Shown here piece after piece: positions 1 to 9,558 of a stretch of 64,000 nucleotides of DNA. The position numbers and the translations under genes are program-made. Where the stretch lies: positions 2,604,001-2,668,000 of the forward strand of contig NC_134036.1 in NCBI RefSeq assembly GCF_964204645.1, in the 5' to 3' direction. The first letter of the stretch is position 1. Each line of letters opens with the position of its first letter. The notes under the pieces are model-generated. The model saw nothing but the letters and a program-made list of their open reading frames with translations. It did not search any database and had not been told where the DNA came from. The stretch comes from Tubulanus polymorphus (Eukaryota > Animalia > Nemertea).

Positions 1-1571
1 ATGTCAAGGTCACCGTACAAACGAAGGTCACGTTGAGGTCACGACGTCATGAATCGCCGCTGGAGTTCATCGTCCAGAAATACCGATGCGGACTGCGGCG
101 AGGAGTCGACTCGCTAACAATCCGAAACGCCGAGTCCGTTTCCGAGTCCGGTTCGGCGATAGAAATTAACGTGACCTTGACCTCGCACTTGTACATGAAA
201 CCGCTCGTAATGGCGGCGAAGAACTATAGCACGATCGACGAAATCGAAATTTTGATGTCGACGAAACGCGCCGCGTTGCGATGCGTGTTTAACGCGACCC
301 CTAGCGGCGACGATTCTTCACCGACGGCTACATTTCTGCACATCACGCAGCGTGTGACGTCAGAAGTCGCCGCGTCGCCGACTAGAGTCACGTGTAGAAG
401 TCGCAAGTTCATTATCGGTACTAACTCGAAATTCAGTTTGTATTGGTCACCGTCGTCAAACGATGCGTCGTTTCTGGGCACGATTTGCTCCGTCGAGGCG
501 GACACCTGTTTAATGAAGGCGGCGCCACTGTACGGAAACCACACACGAATCACTGCGGCTTACACGGAATGCGCGACTACGCGTACCCGCAACAAAGTAC
601 TGGGGACAATAAACAGAGGAGGGAGCGGGAGTCACCACCAGGGGGCGGCCGCTGTTCAAATAATGGCGGAGGCACTTAACATCGAAATGAACCTGCACGA
701 AATAACGGGCGGGGCGACCTCTATCGTCGGTCTCTTGGCCGTTGTGGTCGTCCACGCCGTCGTGCCGGCGCTGAAATCCTCCACGCCCAGTTACATGTTC
801 CTCAACGTCTGCCTGGCGGCCATCTTGAGCAACGTACTGCAACTATCGAATCAATTTGTCGCCGGTAGAGACAGTGTCGTCTGCGATCTGTACGCTGCTG
901 GTAAACACTACGCCTGGCTGGCGATATTCGTCGCTTTAAACGCGATGGCCGTATCCACCGTACGCGAGCTCCAACACGCCGCTAGTGGCGACCTCCAGCG
1001 GCCAAGCGCGCGTACTCTCACCACGTTCAAGTACCTGGCTTACACTTGGTTCACCCCGCTGCCGATAGTCGGCGCCACGGCGTTTTTACATTTTCGCCCG
1101 ATCGTACCCACGCTTTACAAGAACATCTATAACATCGACGGCTTCTGCGAGCTCTCCACCGACGCGATCGCCATCTATACGCTGGGTATAGAAACAGGCG
1201 TTGTCTTATTGGTCAATCTAGCCCTATTCATATTCACGGTCTATCTAGTATTCGCTCATGGGGTCAGCCGGCCGTGGATTCGCAACCTGATATCAGTTCA
1301 TATACCAATGTTTGTCGTCATGTCGACATCTTGTCTGGTTATCTGGTTGACAACGGTGCTGATTGCCACAGGTAGTTCCGATAGTCTAATTCTGAAGATA
1401 TTTGTTATAATCGTCATAGGGTATTCTAGTGTAGTTACGACAGTAGCGTTCCTGTTGAACCCTCGAGTCGTCCGGTTGACCTACAAGCACGCGGTCGCCG
1501 CCTGGAGGCGTCGCGAGAAACTACGACAGCCGCAACAACGCCATCCTCCCTCTGCAGGGACTCGAACCTGA
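1..1571 (+). CDS. Divergent secretin/adhesion-class (family B, 7tm_2-like) GPCR; 5'-partial, intronless over the visible part
   Basis: The frame is open from position 3, so the gene runs off the window edge. About seven hydrophobic segments lie in the C-terminal ~290 aa. CDLYAAGKHYAWLAIF matches the family-B TM3 pattern CxxxAxxxHYxWLAxF, YLAYTWFTPLPIV matches the TM4 pattern YxxxGWxxPxxIV, and ECL2 has a Cys (GFCEL). Confidence 0.75.
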   Translation, partial: VKVTVQTKVTLRSRRHESPLEFIVQKYRCGLRRGVDSLTIRNAESVSESGSAIEINVTLTSHLYMKPLVMAAKNYSTIDEIEILMSTKRAALRCVFNATPSGDDSSPTATFLHITQRVTSEVAASPTRVTCRSRKFIIGTNSKFSLYWSPSSNDASFLGTICSVEADTCLMKAAPLYGNHTRITAAYTECATTRTRNKVLGTINRGGSGSHHQGAAAVQIMAEALNIEMNLHEITGGATSIVGLLAVVVVHAVVPALKSSTPSYMFLNVCLAAILSNVLQLSNQFVAGRDSVVCDLYAAGKHYAWLAIFVALNAMAVSTVRELQHAASGDLQRPSARTLTTFKYLAYTWFTPLPIVGATAFLHFRPIVPTLYKNIYNIDGFCELSTDAIAIYTLGIETGVVLLVNLALFIFTVYLVFAHGVSRPWIRNLISVHIPMFVVMSTSCLVIWLTTVLIATGSSDSLILKIFVIIVIGYSSVVTTVAFLLNPRVVRLTYKHAVAAWRRREKLRQPQQRHPPSAGTRT

Positions 1572-1881
1572 TGGCATCGCTACACTCAGCCACGGCACGA
1601 ACCCCTGCATCAGTAGACCGGGTGCGCATGTACATGCGCAGCTTTCCGAACGAAAACTGGCGGCACCAATCAGATTGCTCGTTGTATTATCGCTGAGGTA
1701 AATTTCAAGGAATAACTATAAATGGGAAAAACCCGGGCTAAAATAAAACGGGATTTCTGATTGGCTAAAAATCACATCATCTGAACTGCGCATGTATCTG
1801 CGCACACGGTCGATTATGGCAGGGTTTCGTGCCGTGGCAATCTCGATGCCATCAGGTTCGAATCCCTGCCGGGGGAGGATG
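1542..1881. mobile_element. Non-autonomous TIR element (MITE) with 9-bp TSD, inserted in the GPCR 3' coding end
   Basis: Long imperfect TIRs CATCCTCCCTCTGCAGGGACTCGAACCTGATGGCATCG / CGATGCCATCAGGTTCGAATCCCTGCCGGGGGAGGATG. Direct repeat CAACAACGC at 1533-1541 and 1882-1890. A second copy is at 26751-27070. Confidence 0.85.
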
Positions 1882-3149
1882 CAACAACGCCAGAAACTAT
1901 CAACAACACCTGATCAGCAAAAATAAGCAACCGCTACACCGCCAGAGACCCTTGTCACGCGCTACCCGATCAGCAAAAATAAACACCCGCTACACCGCCA
2001 GAAACCCTCGACATGCACGATCAGTTTCGATTTTTGCTTTACGTCATTCTTAATGAAAAACAAGAAAAGCGCCATAAAATTCAAGAGGGCGGATTTCTAT
2101 AATATTCAAGAAATACCCTGGTCACCACGTACGATTCAGATGGATTCCGTGTAAAATGTCGTAATAAAAAGACTAATTAAAAAAAAAGAAAAAACGTTAT
2201 ATATCATTTATTTTCATTTTTTTCGGAAATGATGACATTGAGAAGAAGGATGGGGATCGACACAATTCTAAAAATCTGTTGCAACTGAAAAACGTCGGCA
2301 ATCATCGAAATAGAGGAGAGGAACGAGACAAGAGAGAGGAGAGAGGAGGAACATCATTTTCCAATTTTTTTTTTCATGTTTTCATAGAAATCACCATGTC
2401 GTTTATCTTCGCGAATACGGAATGAGGAGAAAACTTTTTTTTTTGTAAATATTGCATCGCACGCGGTGATTAGGCTAACAGATGATTGAACAATTTTTTC
2501 TCATTTCTGCTTAGCTTAAAAGTTGACCTAGCTGTCTATCTAGTCTGTACATTACTATATTTTTAAATCGAGATCAAACTAACCATAGCCAGACCCGGCA
2601 GCTATTAGAAATGAACTGATTACAAATTTTATAGCAGTTTACAAAATTACAAATCCGAAAGTTATAGAAATGAACTGATTACAAATTTCAGTGTTGCGGT
2701 TAATAAAACTGACCCATTCGATTAGGAGCAACAAGGGATCATTTTTGTTTAGCCTTAACTACTTATCTGACCAATTTCAGATTGAATTTCTTTCGTAAAT
2801 AATGAATTTACGATTAACGCACAAAACGGCTCGGCTCCCGACCGAAACGAAGCACGAATTAAATATCAAGTTGACGCGTTCTTAAAACGTTTAAACGATA
2901 TTTCAAAATCGTCACAATTGAATATCGACGTTTGGTTTTATCTCGTCTCTCCTTTCTCGAGATATGGACTCATTAAATCTATACTAATCTTCGGCTTCGA
3001 GCGTCATCAATTCTCTACCAATCTTCGCGATACTACGATTTAAACAACGATAGTTTGATGAGTAGTTTTTTTCTCAATCTGTCTCGTCTGCATGGGACAA
3101 CAGCGCGAATCCCGGTTGCATTTAAACAACAGAGTGACAGCGGAGAGCA

Positions 3150-3235
3150 GCAGGTGAGAACAGGAATCGTCAGCGCTGGTTGGAACTCGAGATACTACGG
3201 ACTAGGAAGGAGATAACAGCCAACAAACACACGAG
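3150..3235 (+). other. Probable non-coding first exon of the peptide precursor gene (5' boundary approximate)
   Basis: TATA-like TTTAAA at 3121 and a strong donor GAG|GTGAGT at 3235/3236. The ATG at 3852 sits directly after a TTTTCAG acceptor, which implies an upstream exon. Confidence 0.5.
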
Positions 3236-3639
3236 GTGAGTACGACAATTTTAAAGCCTTGAAAAAAATGTTCCGTTAAGAAAATGCGATACTACAGTAG
3301 ACTCCGTATAACAGAGTTCTATTTGGACCATAGTTTTTTTTAAAGAGTTAACCGAGTACCGACTTGGAGGTCGGGGAATTTTGTAGGATTTAGATTTCAT
3401 CTAACTTTAGAATATACGACAATTCACAGGAATAAATTAACTTCCGCAAGGAATTTCATCGCTTTGGGACAAGATTTTCAACGTTATTCATCGAGATTTC
3501 AAACATCCGCAAAGATTTTTATTACATCTTTTCTCATCGTAAAAAAACCATCCATTTCAACTCTATGCAAAACTATCGCCAACTATTTTCGTAAAAATGT
3601 CCGGATGCAAACTGGACAAAACCATTCCTCCTAACAGGA

Positions 3640-3732
3640 CAAAAACTGTCAATGTAAACAGGGCAACAACTGTCAATGTAAACAGGGCAACAACTGTCAA
3701 TGTAAACAGGGCAAAAACTCAATGTAAACAGG
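3640..3732. repeat. 24-bp tandem repeat (~4 copies)
   Basis: AACTGTCAATGTAAACAGGGCAAC units. Confidence 0.85.
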
Positions 3733-3851
3733 AAGACAATGTCCATACGAATAGGGAAAATATTGTCCATGAAACTGGTCTGAAAACTGTCCACTAATAT
3801 CGATGGTATTGTAATTCGAACCAACTTTGATAATTCATCGAATATTTTCAG

Positions 3852-4619
3852 ATGCAGATGAAGATGTTACTGGCGGCAGTAGGAATAATAGTGATAGTCG
3901 CGTTATTCAGCGTCGAGGGGGTGAACGCCAAATATGGAAAAGACACAATGCCTTTGAGAATCACAATCAAAGATCCAGAAAAAACTGTAGCCAGTGAGTA
4001 TGACGTCATAGGGGGATCAATACACCATCTTTATGAGAATTATCTAAACTATCGCATCAATTTGACAATGTCATACTGCGATTTTATGAAGGTAGTAATT
4101 TTGATGAATTACCACAACAATTCGATGACGTCATAGGAGGATTAGTAGAGGCAGCCATCTTGTCAATGATATCATAGGAGGTTTTATGAATACTGTGTCA
4201 ATTTTATGATGATGATTGGGGAATTAAAGGAGGCAGCCATCTATTCTGCAGGCTTATTTGATGATGTCAAAGGGGGATTTTTCGATGTCATAGAGGGCAG
4301 CCATTTTCTCTGAAAGTTTCCGAGCGAAACTAGTTAAAATTCCCTCAGAGACGGGTTATCACCGATATTGTTGACCGGTTTCCACGCATTCAAGAAATAA
4401 GTCTTCGTTTTGTGTATTTTTAGATGAAAATGAGAAAAGAGATTTGAACAGCGAGCAAGGTTTGTAGATAGCCAATATTGCTTATTCCAGTTAACAACAA
4501 AAAGCTTACATTTTCGTAAAATAAAAAATGAACATATTTTTCTTCTTTTGTCAGTGAAACGATCGGCGAGACCCGACTGGAATTGTTATATGTTTAACTG
4601 CGTCGACACCGGGCGATGA
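3852..4619 (+). CDS. Secreted prepro-peptide (neuropeptide or toxin-like), 80 aa; exons 3852-3993, 4424-4459, 4555-4619
   Basis: Two canonical GT-AG phase-1 introns give MQMKMLLAAVGIIVIVALFSVEGVNAKYGKDTMPLRITIKDPEKTVANENEKRDLNSEQVKRSARPDWNCYMFNCVDTGR*. This has a signal peptide, two KR sites, two Cys and a C-terminal Gly-Arg. AATAAA at 4715-4720. Confidence 0.8.
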
Positions 4620-5070
4620 AACGCGTTACACGTAGGTGGCGCTTCGGTCTTCTACTACCATGACGACGATGAATTATCAGTAGAAAAATCTTGTACATAT
4701 AATAGTGATGCTTGAATAAAGAAAACAAAAACAGCTAGCTAGCTACCGGTAGCTAAAACGAATGTTCGTTTCAATGTTGAATTATTTTCAGGGTTTTCTT
4801 TAACCCAAAATTGTAAGTTATCAACAGATGTTCTAGTTCGGACAAAGGAGCGACGGTTGAAAGGCTGATGTCTTAAATCTCTAAACAGAAGTTTTTTCAA
4901 CGATCTTTTCAATATTTCGAAACAAAAATCTTCACAAAAAAAAAACGTTTCTTAAACCAAAACTTGGCCGAAATCAAACAAAATGAACCAGAGAAATTAA
5001 AAACGAAATAAAAAAATTTTTTGTTAGAATTTTAAATTTTTTTCACACTCACATTTTAAACGATTTTTTT

Positions 5071-6582
5071 TCACAATTCGTCGCGATTGTCCTGCATCGG
5101 TTCCTGTCGATCAGATGTGGCTCCCTCTGGTGGCGGCCAGCCGCTGTCCGATGACGACATATATTTCTCTTGTACGTTGGCGATTTTCTCGTATTGGAAT
5201 TCCGCGCCGACCGCGCACGACAACAACTTGTGAACGTCGCGTTCGTCTGCATCGCTCGCGAACACGTAGCCATTCGCCGTGTCGATCTGTTGCGTTACGC
5301 GCAGAACGCTTTGTTTATCTTGAACGTCCAACGGGACGAACGTCACCAGGCTGTAGTCCTCGACGACGCCTAACAATCGTTCGTTGAGTTTTTTGAATTT
5401 TTTGAAAAATGGATGATCCTGAAAGGAAACAAATGAAAATGAGTTGGTATTTGATCAGAATACGGAGAAAGTGAGAGGGTAAATAAATATAAAATCCCAC
5501 ATTTTTGAAAGAATAAAAAGTTTATTTGGATTGTACCGACTGTACCAAAAAGTAGAAATTGAGTATTTCTCAAAATTGAAGGAGCTTCTGATATTTTGCT
5601 CAAACAAAAGGAGTTTCAAACACCTTTTTAAGAGTATTTTCCTTTTAGAAAGAGATTTAAGGAATCAAGGAGTCATATGGACCTCGTGAATCTAAAAATA
5701 TGACCGCTAAGAATTTAACAGGATAATTTGAGCTTTTTCTGTGGAACTGGATCAAGAATAGTTTCTCTGATTACAGGATTCGATCTAAGGAATAAAGGCC
5801 ACTTGCCAGTGCACATCCGAAATTTCGCTTACCCCCTCAAAAAATCAACTTGCCCTACAGAGACACCTGACATGTGTTAATGATACCCTAATCGCCCTAA
5901 CAAAAATAAACATGTCCCGGGCAATCGTCAAGTGCTTAGATCCTGTGATAATGTGAATCATACTTACGTTTAGATGATCTAGAATGTACGACAGGTCGAG
6001 AACATCGGTGAAATAATCGAGATTATACGACAAACGACCTCCGCGTTCGATTAAATCGGCTTTAGAAAGAACGTTCACTTGCGGCAACGATATCTGCAAC
6101 ATCGTCGATAGCGACGTCAACAATACTGATATAAACTTCGACGGATCGTTACAATAATGCGAGTCGACCAGGTGAACGGCGACCAGTCGATAGTCGCAGT
6201 CGTCGACCAGCGATTCGAACACGCGTTTAACTGATCGGTGATGCGTGTATAGCTCCACCTGTCCGGGGCAGTCGAACAGAACGTATCGTCCTGGAAACGC
6301 GGAAAGTTTCGATTTTAACCACGCGAGGTTCTGTTCGAGGTATTCCATGCAGTAGATTAACGCTCCATTCGGACCGAGATGCATCGCGTCCATAACGTCA
6401 GAGAGCGAGACGAGTTCGGAAAGGTCGACCGAACTGGCGTACGGTACTGAGTCGTTAGCAGGGTCGAGGTTAACGACGATCGCGTCGCGTCCTAGGTGGC
6501 GCAGGAATTCACAGACGGCCGCGCAGTACGTCGTTTTACCGGAACCAGGCGGACCGATTACAACTTGTCCGAACTGAGCCAT
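5071..6582 (-). CDS. GPN2: GPN-loop GTPase 2, 320 aa; coding exons 6582-5968 and 5418-5071
   Basis: Motifs [17 protein letters not shown] (P-loop), VNLDPAN, LGPNG (GPN loop), [28 protein letters not shown] and IDTANGYVF, characteristic of the GPN2 subfamily. One phase-0 GTAAGT...TTTCAG intron. Confidence 0.93.
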
Positions 6583-7125
6583 CGTCGCCCGGTACTGATT
6601 GATACAACTCACTGAAAATGAAGCAGAAAAAAAACAAAACATCAATATCAACAGATTATAAATTACATTTACAAGTCACAACAAATTACATTCAAATAAC
6701 GTTCTAAATCAAGCCTAAATGGACATTGTTTTCTTGTTTGCATCTAAATTGTGTTTCGAATTACATTTCACTTATAAATTACTCTATAAACCGAATAATG
6801 GTAAAAAAATGGAGTATAAACTTCCTTGGCCTCCAAGCCTAGCCCTAGAGTAGAGGTCTAGCTTAGCCTACCCACCCGCTATCTAAATGTACCAAACTCA
6901 GTAAAATACTTCAAAGAAACATACATTTCAGAAATAGTAGAATTGCTTTGACTAATGGTCTGAGAGAGTGTAATAGGGCAGCGAGGGTCAGGGAAAGCGG
7001 AACGACACGCACGCGGGTTGGGGTGAATTTTGACGGGTTTTATCAGCTGTAGCGCTCTATTCAGAAGGTGTCACGCGCTTCCATACATTAAATGTTATAA
7101 CTAACTTTCTTTTAATTACACTTAC

Positions 7126-7260
7126 CTAATTGAAAACTGGTCTCGACGCTGAAAATGAGATAAAACGTCGCTTGAATTGACGTTTTTAGGCTAGAAATTT
7201 GTTTTTTCACATTGTTGAGTCTCCACACATAAGTCGCTTTTCAACCGAGTGGTCAAATTC
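7126..7260 (-). other. Probable 5'UTR exon of GPN2 (upstream boundary approximate)
   Basis: Minus-strand donor AG|GTAAGT at 7126/7125 and acceptor TTTTCAG just upstream of the ATG (exon starts 6611). The sequence around 7250-7400 is CpG-rich and promoter-like. Confidence 0.45.
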
Positions 7261-7722
7261 AAAATCACTATATTGTTCCTGTCAGTTTTGGCAGCACTAG
7301 ACGGTTCATTCTCCTGGCGGGCGGGCTACGGTGACGACTGTTTTGTCCGTGAAAGTTAGAAATTACGAAATTAAAGTCCATTATCGCCCAGCTATTTAAT
7401 TTTGCGAACAAAACCACAAATAAATTCAAAACCGCAAATGAATTAATAATTCATTTGTCTTGACATTTTACCCTGCTTTAGAGCCGTTTTTGGTGCAATG
7501 AATAATTGAAGAACTCGTCAAAAATGGACCTAATCTTAGTACCTAACTTCGACAAGATGTTTGAATATTGAGCCTTTTACAGCTGGGTTAGGGATTTTTG
7601 TATTTGGAGTTTCTTGATGGGTCAATTTCCAAGGAAATTGCTATTACTTTGACGAGCAAAGATTGAATCATGAGAAGAAATCAAATCATGAAAATAACAA
7701 GACAGGTTTTTTTGAGCATATA

Positions 7723-7736
7723 TTTATTAATTTATT
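7723..7736 (-). terminator. Candidate distal polyadenylation signals of VPS13
   Basis: Tandem AATAAA on the minus strand at 7723-7728 and 7731-7736, ~1.8 kb past the stop codon. A proximal AATAAA is at 9487-9492. Confidence 0.4.
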
Positions 7737-9558
7737 AAGCATAATCTTCTTTTCATTTCTTTATAATAGTAATAGACTTACAACACCAACAAGAGTAGTC
7801 AATTTTTGGCTAACAACAACATTCTTCCGGTTTCAGTAAATACCGGCCTACTCATCAATGTATACAGAATATTTAATTTCTTAATTTGTTCCAACAATTT
7901 TAGCATTTTTATCAAAGCAATCACGAAGATATAATAAGAATTCTCTTCTAGAAAATTAATAAGATCATCCAGACATCAATCATCTAATGGCCATTTGACC
8001 ATTTAGTTTTTTGTTTTCCAACTGGTAATTTAAATATAATGTCATTAGGGAAACTGAGGGTAGACATTTCCTTTTTTCAAGGGTTTAAAAGGGACTAGAT
8101 GTTGAAGACACTGGTAATAAAACCTGTCATCTTGGGTATGATTATGCGTAGGGTAGGCCTAAGGGTACTAGAGGATAAGGAACACTGTTTCATGGCTGAG
8201 AGTGAGTGATTTCACGAAGAGATGACCAACTCTGAACGAAGTTTAACGTTATAAAAGTAAAGCAAGAAAACCTTTTTTTCTTCTAAGTAGCTTTTTCTTC
8301 GTGTAAAGTTATAGAAAAGCTCAAATTAAAGCAATTGAATTCACCTTCAATTCAGTTTGAAAACCAAACTCTGTGTGAAGCCTCACAATCTACTTTACTG
8401 TTAGCCACCTTCAAAATTAAGCTACCACTCTTTCAACCCATCTTTAAGTTTCTACTTTTTTTAAAGTTACAATCATGGTACAACAAAAACAACAACGGAA
8501 TAAACAAACAATAAATGTTTTCTACATTGCATACAAACACATTTCGTAACATGCGCACAAGACAATAATCATCCCAACATAAATAAATCAAATTCTAGAA
8601 AATAAAAATGGCGAATACATTTCACAATAATCAATTTCATAAAATAATATAATTCTCTACTTGTTTTCAACAACTAAAATTTTATAAAGTAATTTCTTCT
8701 CATATTCTCCTAACTATAATTTAATGAGCTATATTATACTAATTTCCCTTCCATAGATTTTCTATTATTCTGACCCTTATACAGACAGAAAATCCGCTAC
8801 TTTTCCAGGAGAAATAACCCCTAATTTTACGAGTAATTTCATATACATTCAAGTTCTTACTATATACCAAGTTATGCAGCGGAACAAGTTTTAAATCAAA
8901 GTTCTATTTGAACTGTATAAAGAAAAGCCACAAATTCAACCAGAGGTGAAAAGCTTAACTAATTTCATACGTTAGATTCTTCTACCCATCCTGAAACGGG
9001 TACCAAGCAATTGGAGCTATCTAACTAACAATATTTCACGGCAGTTCATCAAAGTTCTATTCCTGACCATATAAAGATTCATGAAGAAGTTTTAATAGAT
9101 ATATCTGATAACCTATAGTTATCACGCTACTTCATGGACATTAGTCCGGACCATAATATAGTCATACGATAAACTATCATAACATCAAGCAGCAGTTAGA
9201 TCAAGCGGACATTACCGTAGTAACCATTTGAAATTTCATTTTTAACGATCTTAAATGTCTTTAAATACGTCATCACAAAATTTTGTATTACTTTGAGTTT
9301 TGTTATAATATGTTAAATTGAGCCCAGGTTAGAAGTACGAATTCACGATTTCGTTATTTATAGAAGGCCCATCCTCCCTCCACCCCGTTGACAATTCATT
9401 CCACATCAATCTACATTCAAGAAATAAATAAAGCTTGGTATAAAAATCAAACTTCTTCAGAAGGTTTTTTCTTGGAAATACAGATGTTTATTTGATGAAA
9501 GTTCAGCAGCAGCAACAGCAGGAGGAGCCAGGGAGCAGAGGTGAAGGAGAAAACGTTT

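Noticed and set aside
3994-4136. C-terminal half of the 94-aa ORF 3852..4136
   Set aside because: Read-through past a GTGAGT donor into an intron containing a dispersed repeat; the spliced model gives a far more coherent precursor.
1-4619. Adjacent GPCR and peptide gene as a receptor-ligand pair
   Set aside because: Only proximity supports it. Cyclic OT/VP- or somatostatin-like peptides act on family-A receptors, whereas this receptor is family-B/adhesion-like.
5071-5085. GPN2 ends in RDEL, resembling an ER-retrieval signal
   Set aside because: GPN2 is a cytosolic/nuclear GTPase with no signal peptide; most likely coincidental in a variable tail.
7300-9550. Additional gene between GPN2 and VPS13
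   Set aside because: AT-rich with no credible ORF or exon chain; consistent with the VPS13 3'UTR and the GPN2 promoter.
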